Source: Trichinella spiralis (Eukaryota). Taken from it: 56,063 nucleotides of DNA. The notes under the pieces are model-generated. The model saw only the letters and a program-made list of their open reading frames with translations, did not search any database and was not told the origin of the DNA. The stretch lies in assembly GCF_000181795.1 (NCBI RefSeq), contig NW_003526948.1:2538331-2594393 (forward strand), in the 5' to 3' direction. How positions within the stretch are numbered: the first letter of the stretch is position 1; each line of letters opens with the position of its first letter. The translations under genes and the position numbers were made by a program. This document shows, in pieces, positions 24,301-38,100 of the stretch.

Positions 24301-25880
24301 AAGAAAAGCACCTACCTGACATGTTTGCACCCGTCATGATTCCTGTTACGGAAGGAAAAAATATTGCTAGCAGCACAAAGAACGTTGTTGTGATGTCTTG
24401 CGTGACCTCCCGGTTCAGTTGGCCTTTATGTCCAACTGACGCTTCTCCCTTTCTCATATAATGTGATTTCCAGTTTTCTAATAAGTAGACATGAAATATT
24501 ATCATTTTTGGGTACGTAGTTTAAATATTATAATTTATATTATTTCAACAGTAGCTGTAACTCAAAACTGAAAAATAAAAATTTTCAAACCAAGAAAGGT
24601 GTGGCCGTTGAAGCCGGGAAAGCCGGCCACGAATGCCGCGTCGTGATCCACATAGTAAGAATCACATATACGTTCATTTGTTGAATTTTTTATCACGCAA
24701 TATGAATTGACAATTTTCGTCTGATTGCAAACAACCGTTCGATTTTCATCCATAAGAAATTGGGGATCAAAAAGATGCGAACCAGCCATACAAACTCTAA
24801 GTTGAATTGTCCATCAGGGAAGGATATGTGCAAAATCCGCTGCTAGAATAAAGAATCACGGTATATTACTTACTGTAGACTGGAATTGCTGTCCGATAGA
24901 AAAGCACCAAGATAAACGACCAAAACGGACAACAAAACGCAGGCAAGTGATACAGGAGCAGCAAATTGCACAAATCGTACACCGAAACAGCAGACGACAA
25001 AGATCAACAACAAAAATGCGGTTCCATAGATTCGCAAATTGTTGAACATTTGCTCGTCGTTCGGAGAATCAGTGTGACCGAAGCGAGGCAGATCCGGTGC
25101 CATGTAAATCTAAATTGAATATTCAACGTGGATGGCAGTGAGCAAATTGGAAATCTATTTACCAAAAGAATTTCCACTCCGCCTGCAAGATACATTGACG
25201 TGGCAACGGTGTTTGCCAAATAATACAAAACTCCAATGGCACCGCCAAATTCGGCTCCCAAATTGCGCGAAATCATAAAATACGCACCACCGCCTGATCA
25301 TTTCAAAATTTAGTATATTTAAAGTGAAAATGGTCTTTAAATAAACAAAAAATTGAACATATGATAAAAAATACCAACTTTTTACTTTGCCGTTTGTCGC
25401 AATGGCGGAAATTGAAATGCTGGTCAAGAAAGTCTGAAATGTTTCACTGTACAGAGAATAATTGTATGGTTGGGGGAAATCATTTTACACAAAGACAGCA
25501 CAAGAAAACCATAATAAATGACTGTGCTATGCCGGCAATGCCGACAATCCACAGCAAGCGTAAGAACATTTGCACGCCGAGTATGTGCTGGATGCTGGGC
25601 AAATAGACACCGAAAATTGTACCAAGTTTCGCTTTCTGTAGTGTAAAAAATGAATAGCAATTGAAAATACAAAGCATTAGCGATGTGTATGCAAATTTCA
25701 AGAAAAAACTGAGCATACTTTGTCGTCGGATTCAGTGGCCAATCCGCTGAACGTTTTGAGAAATGTCGATATTGTTGGCATGTTGGTGCTGGTGTCATCT
25801 TCGTACAAGGCCAGGCCCCTCTTGACTTGGATTTTTCCACCGCTGTGAGTGAAATCTTCCGAAACGGCTTTACGCAACAT
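21325..25880 (-). CDS. K-Cl cotransporter (KCC type), copy B, with an exon organisation matching copy A. The start codon at 25880 is tentative
   Basis: Same motifs as copy A ([73 protein letters not shown]). Exons 2-4 (25635-25489, 25433-25379, 25293-25163) are 147, 55 and 131 nt, identical in length to copy A. Confidence 0.95.
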
Positions 25881-27634
25881 ATTTGGAGTATATTCAAGCT
25901 TTTCTGACAGACGGTGTGACCAGTTGGAAAAAACAGCGACGATGAAAATTGCGAAAGTAAAGTATAAGTATCACTGGCTTGTCATTAGTGATGGCAAAAT
26001 GTGATCACCTCTGATTAGCATCAAAAAGGTGCAACTCGTTTCCAATGTTCTACTTTGTGCAAGCGTTGCCGTAATAAAATCGAACCAGTTCTGCGAAAAG
26101 CAGAAGAAAGATTGGGAATGTTTTCCTTAAACATTGAGCAGATGACAAATAAATGAATTGAAAAAGTGACAAGTTCGACGGCAATTCAAGCATGCTTTGA
26201 ACGCGAGTTGCATTTCATTCCGGGGTATATTTTCGAAATGAGCAGAAATGACCAATCATATCTGTCCATTTGTCATCCACCCAAGGCTTACTGTTGCAAA
26301 CAAATTTTAAACAACATCCACTAGCAGAGGAGGTGGTCAGAAATTCAAATCGATGTTGTGAAACAACTTCCGGTCGAACTGAGAATATGCTTAAATTTCA
26401 CAGCTTCCAACACAGCATCATTTGCTCTAACTGAGCACTGTTTTCAACTTTTTTTTAAAATACCACATACAAACTATTTAAATTTAAATTAGTTTTTTAT
26501 TGTTTCACTTGATCAGTAGAAAAATTTTCTTTTCTAAAAATAAAATGGTGAAACTGCTGCGCCGTGTAAAATGCGGAACGTTTAATAAATTTATAACAAA
26601 TTGCTTGAAAATTACTTCCTGACAACTGTTCTGAAAACAATTCCCAGAAATTCAGGTCAAATGATCAAAACTATTATTTGAACAGTTTCATAACCAAATT
26701 TTCAACAAATCTATTAACAGCTTTAGAAAATTTTTTAAAATATTTCATTCATCATTTATTTTGTTGTTGCAAAAGTGTGAACATTGAAATTGACATTATT
26801 CATTTGAATGATTTGAAAAATTAATAAATTTTATAATAAGTTGTCAATTAATTCGATTAAATGCAAATTATGACAATTAGGTAGCAATTTGTTTGCTCTG
26901 CTGTATTACGATTTTCCCCCAAGTATATAGGCGTGTGAAAATGACCGAATCAATTTAAATGAGAAGAATATATCAAACTGCTTGTTGAAATTATGATAAC
27001 AATGTTTAATTGTATGAAATTGATTGCAGGTAAATGAAATTTTCAAAATTTACACTAGTGCAATTGTCAAATTTCACTTTGCACCTACAAAATTACGATG
27101 CGCAAGTACAATTACAAACATTAGTAGTGAAATATAATTGAAAACAACGTTGATCATTAAAATTGATAAAAAGACTATTGAACAAAATTAATTGTGGATT
27201 ACTTTTATTTCTGTAGTACAAAATTTCAACATTACTTTTTAAAATGCAATTTGTAATTAATTATTCAAAATGCTGATTCTACACGAAGATGGTCATGTTT
27301 TGTTTCCAAAATACAGTTCATGATTGGTGACAGAAACAACGAGGATACAATATTTTATTGAACTAACAATAACATGCATAATAATAACATGGAAAAAAGT
27401 CATAATGAAATAAGATTTCACAACAGACTTGTCTGAACAATTCAAGAATGATATGCATTCAATTGATAACTGCTTTGTAGAGAGGAATTTTCAATAAAAA
27501 GAATAAATAGTATAACATCTGGTGAAGAAAACATAAATTTCATAAGATAAAATCAAAACATAAATATAATAATAATATAACAGATCTACTTTAAATTAAT
27601 TCGAATAGAAAAAATGTCAAATTTGATCGGCCGG

Positions 27635-29103
27635 TCAGAAATGTATTTGTTCATTGTACATGGCGAGAAAAAATAAACACACCAAGCCGAATAAAATACC
27701 GCTGAACTGAACGAAAAATATGCCCAGTCCATTTTTGAAATTCTGCTTCAGTTCCATTTCCAATTTTCCATTCATATCCGGAATCTGATAAACAAACAAA
27801 CAAAAAAATAATTATATTTCATACAATGCAAAAAATGCAACTGACCATGTTTGCGAAGGAGATGAATATGAACAATCCACCAGCAAATGCGAAGATGTAG
27901 TGATCCGCGCTTCCAATTCCGCCCAAGACAACCCCAACGACAAATCCAACGTAACATGTCAGCGCTGAAAGCAAATTGCAAACCAATGCTTTTCGTAACT
28001 TCATACCCGAGTGGATCAAAATGGCCATATCACCTAAACGTATATAAATCGATCACTATAGAATGGTTGATCTTTTCCAAAATTAGCATGCAAATGGAGA
28101 CTTGCCCAATTCATGCGGTAATTCTTCGCACAACACAGCAATGCTAACACTAACTCCAGACAGTATACCCCTCGTGCACGCGGCACCAATGGACAAGCCA
28201 TCGATGAAATTGTGCAGCGCATCGCCGAATATGATCATCCACGCCACGTTGGTAGTTTTCACTTCCTCGTCCGACAAGCTTGGGGTATGCTCTTCACAGC
28301 AGAGCTGAACAAGCAAAAAGCAAAAATATTATCCCAATAATTGAGCATTTTCACATCAAAGGCAAAACGGCATCATTACCCCGTTGGTAATGGCGTCCGA
28401 CTTGACCAACAGTATCTTCTCCAACTCGCATTCCTCTTCTTCTCGTTCATCTTGGACTTTGTTCTTGGTCAAATTGCTTGTCAATGCCGCACTTTCCAAC
28501 GAAATAAAATTGTCACTTCCTTTCAGTGAAGCTTCCTCAATTTTAATAATGGCTGACTCTACTTCCGCTTGAATACTTTTCGAGGTGACCAACTAAGAAA
28601 ACAGGAAGTAAACAACCAAAAGCTATACACATACAGTTACCTCTCTGAATGCGGATGCTGCTCTGATAGTATTGTCGACAAGGTAAAATAGAAAAAATCC
28701 AGAAACCAATGTCCACAACACTTTGGAATTGTTTATCGCATTGAAATCCAAACCCAACGCCTACAAACGTTCAACTGATATCAAATTGATTACGAAAACA
28801 CCAACACAGGCTCATTTAGAACGGGATACGTACACTAGGCAGGAGGTGGAAAATAGCCGTGCCGGACAGTGAACCAACGCCCAAACCGACGCACCAGTCC
28901 AACAACGTTTGCCAGCGTTTCTTATTCACCAACGGGAAGAGCAGGATACCAACTATGGCAGCGAAGTTGATCAACGTCACCAAGGATATACCGACCACCC
29001 AGACTTGCCAGAAGGGAGGAGTTTCGTATTCGTTGCAGAATTTTCCAGTGGGGCAAACTTGGGAACCACCGTCAGCCATTTGGAAATTTGTCGATTCAAT
29101 CAT
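27635..29103 (-). CDS. ZIP/SLC39 metal transporter, LIV-1 subfamily (ZIP8/ZIP14-like TM5 motif). Exons 29103-28834, 28760-28641, 28592-28380, 28304-28106, 28033-27846, 27784-27635
   Basis: Motifs [56 protein letters not shown] and [20 protein letters not shown]. Intron 4 has a GC donor. An acceptor just upstream of the ATG leaves room for further 5' exons. Confidence 0.92.
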
Positions 29104-32100
29104 GATTCACTGAAAAGGAGAAAAAAAACATTATAATCAATTAACAATACACATCTCTTTTCAGCAAATCAATAAATTCAATTTAATAATGCAAAAGTGA
29201 AGTCGAGACACAGCATACTTTACATTTATAACAATTATTATTACATTATTGTAGGAGAAGTTTGCATAGGACAGTTGAGATGACAGAATAGTTGAATAGT
29301 TGTCCGATGAAAATAAACGGAAATTGGTGAACAAGCAAGCCACCAAAGAAGAGAAGCGTTATCTTAAATAATCTGACAAAACACCACCAAGCATGGGATG
29401 AGGGAGGGGGGGAGAAGGTGGGGTTAGACAAATATTTATGTCCAGCTCAGGTCAACAACATTCACTCGAAGCGTGCCGAAAAAGTGATCAACACACAACG
29501 CTGACCATTACAGGGCATATAAAATCCTATCACAAAGCAAATGGAACCACCACCCTGTCAATAACAAAGTCGACATTCGTGTGCAAATGACAAATATCCA
29601 AACAACTTAACAACGAAGCTTATGCTGTTTTCTCGCTTTTCGGCTTCTTCTCTCTCTAGTCGACCGAAACAATTGTTGTCGGTTGTTCAAGATACCGATG
29701 CTTGTACTTCAACTGCAAATTTAGCTGATCCGTTCGGCAGCTGTGAAAATGTCGAATATATATATATATATGTGTGAACAGTGGCGTCGGCCGCTGCCTT
29801 GTACTGCACATGTGATTGGCAAACAACCTTGAAAAAGCCAAAACGCACAACTGTCATAAAAATGCAGATCAATTTCACGTTAACCAACAAACTAACAACG
29901 GAAGTGACTTCCATGAATTTCACTTGATGTAAAATTAATTCATCAATCAATTGCTAACTTTATCACAATTCTGACACAATATTCAGAAGACAAGATACAA
30001 AAATTGGAATAATACGGTCAGAAATTTCCTGGCAACATTTGTTTCTACTATCAAGATGAATAAAGCAGAAATCTGTTGTTTATTTGAAACTGAAAATGAT
30101 TCATATCACAACATTATTCACGGACAAGCATGTGTCATGATGTGGAAATAAACAAATGAACATTTATCACAGCTTCGCTTCAAAACAGACCAATTTCGAT
30201 AGTAGTTTTCCAAATGAAGCAAACCAAATCATCCCAACAACACTGTATATATGAATATTTGTTCAAAAAAAATTGAAATAAAAACTACAATCTCTACAGA
30301 TGAAGACAATTCTTTGTCCAAAGCGTTCATTTTATCAATTCCATTCCAATACCACATCACAATTGTAATTCATAACATTTTCAAACAAAATGGCACATTT
30401 GTACGAATGTTGTCGAAACGGATTTCATTTAATCTCATACTTTAAAGCTGTTTGCCATAAAAAACGACGACAAAATCGACTTTCATCCAAAACATGGAAG
30501 ACAAATTAAATGGTGAAAAAAAACCACTGATCGAACTAATATTATCATTTGTTGAAGAAGTCGAATATTCGAAAATTTCAAAAGCAATTGAAATTCAACT
30601 TTACAAAAACGATGATTCACACGTTTTAGAGAAAATCAATTCTAAAAGTAATTTATAATTTTTTTTAACACCACAAATAAAAAAGCAGGAACTAATGTTA
30701 ACCTTACTATACACGTTCGCATTTGAACGATCATTTATGGGATATTTTTAAACTTTGAATTTTATATTTAAACATAAATAAAGATTGTTTACAAATTTTA
30801 CACTCTCCAACATTCTAAATATTGAAAAACTTCAGATTTCAGAAGAACAACTGAATTTTAATTCTCAAATGGAACAATTCTTTGTAGATTCTTGTAAAAA
30901 TTATTTTTTTGAACAAATTTCAATCAACAGACAGACAATTCATCTTACTTTAAATTTAAAATGCATATTTCACATATCATGTCAACAATAAGAACTCAAT
31001 ATTCCGCCTTGATGGTAGAAAATTATTTTCAACGGTAGAATCAAATGATTGGCAAGTATTAATAGATATCATTAAACAACAGTTTGATCAGTTAAAATTT
31101 TATGGCATATTTTCAAATTAACTTCACTATATAAAAAGATAAAAAATTTTAACAATCTGTAAATAGAATAAAATTGAAGCTTTCATATTGTATCAAATGG
31201 CTGATACGATTGTTTAGGAGCAATTTTGTTTTCAATTTCCACCTCCTTCATTAATACAAAATTAAACTAACTCTATTTTATACAGTACACTCGTTATGAT
31301 TTTTAATTTGTACTCTCATAACACTGAAGCATTAAATATTCATAAGCAAGAATACTTGAGGCGAATCAAGATAATAGTCGTTGCCATTATAAAGTAAATA
31401 AAACTATTTTTAGAAAATTTGACCAAGTAATTCTGGAATAAATTCCAATTTGAAGCAATTACTAGAGTAACAATTGAATTATTGAAAAGATTAAAAGTTG
31501 AATTTTGACCACTGACAACTGAAGCAGGTAGATGCAAAATTTTTAATCTTCACTTTCAAACATTGAATTTTTAAACTAGCATAAGTACAATAAAATTTGG
31601 TATGGAAAATTGCAATTAATTAACGTATAGTTTTAATTAATATAATGTAATGTGTATAATTGTAATTAATATAAAATTTTAAAAAATAATAATAAAAGTT
31701 CAATTGGAATGCCTATAATAAATGAATGTCAATTTTGTACGTTTATTTGTTATTGGAATTGTTTTCCGGATTAATAAAATGACAAAATTAAAACTTTGAA
31801 AATTATTTTAAAAGAAATGAAAATATAAAAATTGCATGAAACAAAATTGACAATTGTTCATATTTTTCCAATAATATTATATTTAAATATTCTTTTGATT
31901 AAAGAAAGTAAGAGATAATCAAAAATATTGATTTTTCCATCTTGTTCTATATAAAACTGAAATTTATGTTCATATTATTGATTGACAAGTGTAAAAACAA
32001 AGCCGAAGCAAATTGCATGCTTGTGAACAGCTTAAAGATTGAAAATTTGCATCAGTAGCTTACTCAACCACTGACAAAATGTTCATCAAATGCATCATTC

Positions 32101-35100
32101 AGTTCAAAGCGGTGGACTGTGAATTGAATTGAAATCTTTTGATAAATGCAACAGATAGCAAATGTGCAAACTTTTCTTATTCATATTGAAGGGATTATTT
32201 TAGTTCATTAATTTTGCAATTTTTCTTTATTCTACAGAACATTTACATTTCATTTCAGAATTGATATGATAATTTTACTTAATTTTTCAATTAACAAAAT
32301 CCAAATCATCATTAATGCATATACGTGAGGATAATATTGTTTCTACATTGATACTAATAATTGAAGTTTATGGAACTATCGGTAGTATAAATGGAAAAAA
32401 AGCATCAAATGACAGTAAAATGTTATTTACATCAATATTTAAAAGTAAAAAACCCACTACAAACTGACTACTTGTATATAAGATTGAAAAAACAACAAAA
32501 TATCATAAATCAGACACTAATTAGCATGTATGGTTAATTTTACAAACATATTACTGCTGCTACGACTACTACTCATATTACAAGTGGGCAATATTAAAAT
32601 AATTGGTAATTTTTTATTGTTCAATGGATTAAGCAAACATTGACAGCAGTGAAACAGATGGTGTAATTTTTATTCGATCCATTTTTTAGCTTATCTTCTT
32701 CACTGATTGAATGACGAGAAGCAGATTTTCCAAGATCAGCTTAAATGAATTTTAATAAATAGCAGCTGTTTAAATCTTTTCAATTTATACATGTCTGGGT
32801 GTATTTGTGTGCGTGCGTGTGTATGTATGTATGCACGTATGTGGGTGTGATATAAAATACTATTAGTCATTTTAGTAGGTGCGTATAAATCATCTGATCT
32901 TCTGATGTCAACTTTTGAAAAATTTTCTAAGCCAATTTTCTCAACCTTGATTATTAGTAGTTTGGCTTGGTGAAATTATTCTTTGTTTTCTCCGTGTGAT
33001 TATTAAAAGCGTTTTCCAACGAGAATATCTGACTACTTCCATATATGACGTTCCACTGATATGACATTTTATGCGAACGAAAAAAACAATATTCTACATT
33101 TATTTAAAAATCAACCACCAATCAAAGAGTGCAAAAATATTGTACAAAAGAGAATTGTTTTAACTGGTAGGATTAATTTTTCTTTTTTAATTTAATAAGT
33201 TATGCTTTATTGACGTGTATAATAAGTTTTCATTGAAATTTGCGTGCGTCTACGTAAAATTTTTCAATTTTACATAATTGAATTTATAGTTAAAAATCCG
33301 TTCCAATATTGAACTTTAAACAAATGCTCCAATTATTTAATGTCTTCTATTCTTTAACTGCCATCAAATAGTTTAATTGTATTTCAAAAACAAAAATTAT
33401 GATATTATTATTTTATTTTATCGCAAAATGTATACGAATACCTTTCTGTGGTAATTTCCGCATTCAATTATTCGACTAATATAATAATTTACATGTGGAC
33501 TTAATAAGATAATTTAAACTGGAATTTTCATATTTCCTTGGAAATTGTCTTTTCTTTCTACTTCAAACGAGTGCGCATTTGCAGTTAAAGTTTACGTAAT
33601 AACCACAGTGATCTATTAATTTTTTTTCATAAATGCTTCATTTTTAATTGTGAAATAATAATATTACTTTAAATTTCAAAAATTCAATAAAACTTTAATA
33701 AATTCCCACTTTACTTCACCTTTCACGTCTACGTCGAACAGACGTTACGTTGCGAATATTAAATTATTGTTCAAATATTTAACCGAATAAACTTTTTTTG
33801 ATTTCGTAATTTGCTTCATTAAAAATTATTTCACTTTATTCTTTAAGAATATATAACAAATTTCATGAACAACAAAACATAAAATATAATAATGAACTTG
33901 GTAATTGTATATCTTCATTGTGTTGATAGGGTTCAGTGTTTTATTTTGATAGATAGTACTGTAAAAACATTTTGAAAAAATGCAATCAATAGCATCGAAG
34001 GCAACTATGAATGTAATAACAGTGATAATTTTTAAATATAACTTATTTACTGTAATTAAAATGAAGTAATCAATGAAATTATAGACAGAAATTTTGAATA
34101 AGCAGCATTTTGTTTTTATCATTTCAAACGGCATTTATCAAAAACTTCATTCTACTGTAATATGTTTGTTATTCAACACACAACGTTATTTGTAATTGTG
34201 TTGCATATTTTTGTAGTTTTATTGTCTAAAAATTCAAACCCATTTTTAGGAGCTTTTCAAAATTTTGACCATTTTTTGTTTATTGCTAAAATTGTCAAAC
34301 GATTTGGGATTACATTAATTTTTATATTTCCATGTTTTCTTCTTTGACGTAAAAATTGTTTTTTGCTTTTTTTTACAAAAATTTGCTTTGGGTATTGTTT
34401 ATATCAAACGTGAAAGCCTTTGCCTACACTGTTTGTCAGTGTCACCTAGCCAGAACAGTATTAGCATTATTTAAAAAAATAAATAATGACCATGCGTTAA
34501 TATTTATCGAATTGGAATTGCAATTCAACGGCCCTGCCAATTTGACAGTGGATTAAATTGCAATTTGATCAGTACCAATTATTCTCCTTTTCCTCATTAA
34601 AATTAAAATTCTTTACAACAGGCGAAATGTATTTTTCTTTTATTTGTGCTTTTTTGCTTTGCTTTATTTTATTGTTTTTTTTTCAAAAGCAGATGATGAT
34701 GATGATTAATCAATAAACAAATCGACCGACCTTTTATACTTGTCAAATTTTATTTGCTTACTGTACTCGTGTTGATGACCCAGAATAATAGAGGGTGATT
34801 GTCAGGTAGAATTTTACAAAAAAATTTGCATACTTTTCGGGGCGAAAGCAAACAAATCTTGAAATGTCGAAGCGTTTGATTTGCGCTGTTGCGGACGGAC
34901 GGAGCGCATGAGATCTGTAATTAGCAATTTCCACCAAGCAGTTAGTGATTGATCAATAAAGCACAGTCTAATTAAATTTCGTTGAACCTGAGAAATGGAG
35001 CTCTTGATGTCATCATCGTCGACAGGACCGCATCTAGGTGATCTTTTTTTTTTCTCTTCTTCTCTTACTTTAACAACCGCCCATTTACATCTTTAACTGT

Positions 35101-38100
35101 CGTTTGTAAGCTATTTGTCGACGTGTGTGGAACTTGCTTTATTTGTGAATCATATTTTGTGCTTTTGTAAAATTGGAACGTAAATTTTGGAATATTTCAA
35201 ATTTTGAACAACTGCCACATTTTCAGCAATTTTGTCAAACTTTGAAAATGGATGCATCACTGTCCACTGTGCTCAGAGCATTCATAATCGACTGGCAACA
35301 GTTCCACTGTACTTTTGTGTTCACTCAGTTCAGCAAGAACGTTTCCATCCAAGATCCAACAATCACTGGTCAGTATTTTTTTAACTTTTTATTTTCTATT
35401 CCAATTTTATTGTTATTATTTCTTTCTTACTGTCAGTGTAGGATTTAGTTAAAATTTGCATGTTGATCAATTGGACCAGATTGATAACAAGGCGAAAAAC
35501 AATATTTTTCAATTAAAATCATGCTCATTTGAAATTTGTTTAGATTGAAAATTGATTCTGTTATTCAGCAATTTAAATCAATAGAACGCAATAAAGATGA
35601 TAGTCATGTGAAAACTGATACATGTGTATCACTTTAAGCTGTGGTAAACAACTTCTGAAAACAAAAAAAAACAAAAACATGACAATTCGCTACACACTAA
35701 CTTGTAAAATAATTATTTCACTATATTTTTTCTAAAATATTATATTTTTCTTCAGCATAGTGAAATTGCACTGTTTTTGTATTTTGTTTTCGATGTTTTG
35801 CCTTGCACGTTGGTGTGGTAGAGAATCTCAGGCAACGGATTGCGATGTTCACTTGAAAAAGCGAATCGTATAAAATGCAAATAATTTCGAATAATTTGCC
35901 GATCGTTTACGTTTTCAACTGAGCCCAGTAAATATTGTCATTTATTACTATTTGATCACACAAATTGAACAACGGTGGTGATGATATTATTCAAATTTCT
36001 TTTCTCTTTTATTGCTTTTGCAAATTTGCTGTTCATCATTCTGGCAATAGAATTGTACATATTTGAAATTTTAAAATTATTAAATTGAATTTCACCATGA
36101 AACTGATTCAGTGCAAAAAAAATTTCAGATTTGAAAAACTTGAAGTACACTCCGATGTCATCTTCTTTAACGGCAGTGATGCAGATAACAAGACACACTT
36201 CTTCTGCACTTGACGATAAAAGGTAAGAAGAAAATTTTTTTTTTGCCTTTTTTAAATTTCAATTCATCTCTTGAAACTTTTGTTTTCCGCAATAATATCT
36301 AGGATGTCAGTGGTTCAGCTTAGCATATAGACACACAAAACATTCATTTCAACAATGTATAATGATAATTAGATTTTATAAAGTGAAGTGGAATTGTGAG
36401 ACATTTTTATCAACTGTATAAACATTGTATTTTTTTTTAATTTTCAAAATGAAACAAAATAAACAGAGGTACTTTAAACTTTTCCGAAAAATAAATATTC
36501 GCATGTTGACGATATGTGAAATTGCAATCAAAAGTTAATCGGTGACGAAGTTTCCATTTAATTTATAACAAAATTTGCAAAAAATAATATATATACACAC
36601 GTGAGGGAATAAGGGACAACTTCCGCCTATTGTCAATATTTTCTGCGTAATATTTATTATAATGCTGTTTCAGAAGAATGTAAATTTATCAATTTTAAAA
36701 GTAAATTTATTTGTTCTGAGCAAACTCCTCCCATCTTAGAGTTCAACAATACCGCAGAAATGTTCTATCATTGCTACTGTGTTGCAGACGTATTGTTTCG
36801 AAATTGTACTATCATTAGCAAACAAACATCATTTCAATCTTTTAATAAAAGTGAATCCGATAAATAACCCTTTTAAGCCGGTCTATTTATTCATAAATAA
36901 GTTACTGTGCTTGTTTACTTTTTTTGTTCATCTAACCAATGTAGTCTGCAAATGGGCTAGTAGAAAATTTTGCATAACAGTGAATATATACGAAAAATAG
37001 CATCCACTATGCGTTGTGCTTTACTATGCTGCTTTGAATTAATTTTCCAACTGTGCAACTTGCCATCATAAATGCCTTGTCAAAAATTTAAAAGCCACTG
37101 GTAAAGTATATTTGTTTGTAAAACACTGCCCGTAATTTCTGGTCTTCTTTTAAAGGTAAACATGCTTTTTTCATCTGTTTTGCTTAATGTAGCTTGTTTT
37201 ACACTTTGCGCGCTTAGATTTGATTTTTTTTGTTATTCCACATTCATAATTTACGAAACAATATTTTAAATATTATTTTATAATTATGTAAAGCTGAAAT
37301 GCAATGAAGTTGAACTTTTAAATCAAAATTTCAAAAAACTGAATGATAATTTTCGATTTAGCATAAAACATCTTACTGCACAACATTTGGCATATGTGAT
37401 ACAAAATAAATATTTTTGTTTTTACAAATGAAAAATAATTAATTTGTTTGTGATTAATAAATAATATTCTAGTACAGTATCTATTAATTGATATTTTTCT
37501 TAACTTAATGATTTATTTTTGCAATCTTTTGCTAACTAAGTATTCCATTTCATGCTGTATGTTTTTTCGAAGATTTTAAGCAACTTTTTCATATTTCATA
37601 TTCATCTGAATTTCCCAAAGTATTTCAATAATTTATAAGTGGATAGATTCAGAAATGCAGAAATTATTATCACACTGAACATCGACATTTTGGGAAATAT
37701 TAACAAAATTGTGCTGGAAGATTAAACGAAAATTAAACATTAAGATATTTCATTATGATAATTTTTTAAAAAATAATTATGTACATGTCTGACGGGTAAA
37801 TAAATATCTTACTGCATGTTTATTATGGCAACATTATATGGCAGTTGCATTTCTTTTTAGTCTGTAAATATTATTATATTTCAGTAAAAGAATTTTTAAC
37901 AAATTAATTTACCTTTATATCTCATGAATATTTTTTTAATTTGTTTTGTTAGCTTATTTTAATATGATATTTTGCAGTGTTTTTTTAAAGAATACTGTAA
38001 AAGTTTATTGCAGAAGATTTTACACTTTTCTAGTCATATGTAATTTCAGTGTTTTTCTTGGAAAAAATTCTCATATTGATAATAGTAGCAATGATATAGT

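Noticed and set aside
37159..37168. p53 half-site AAACATGCTT (others occur, for example near 44845)
   Set aside because: Isolated half-sites are expected by chance, and I found no paired full element.
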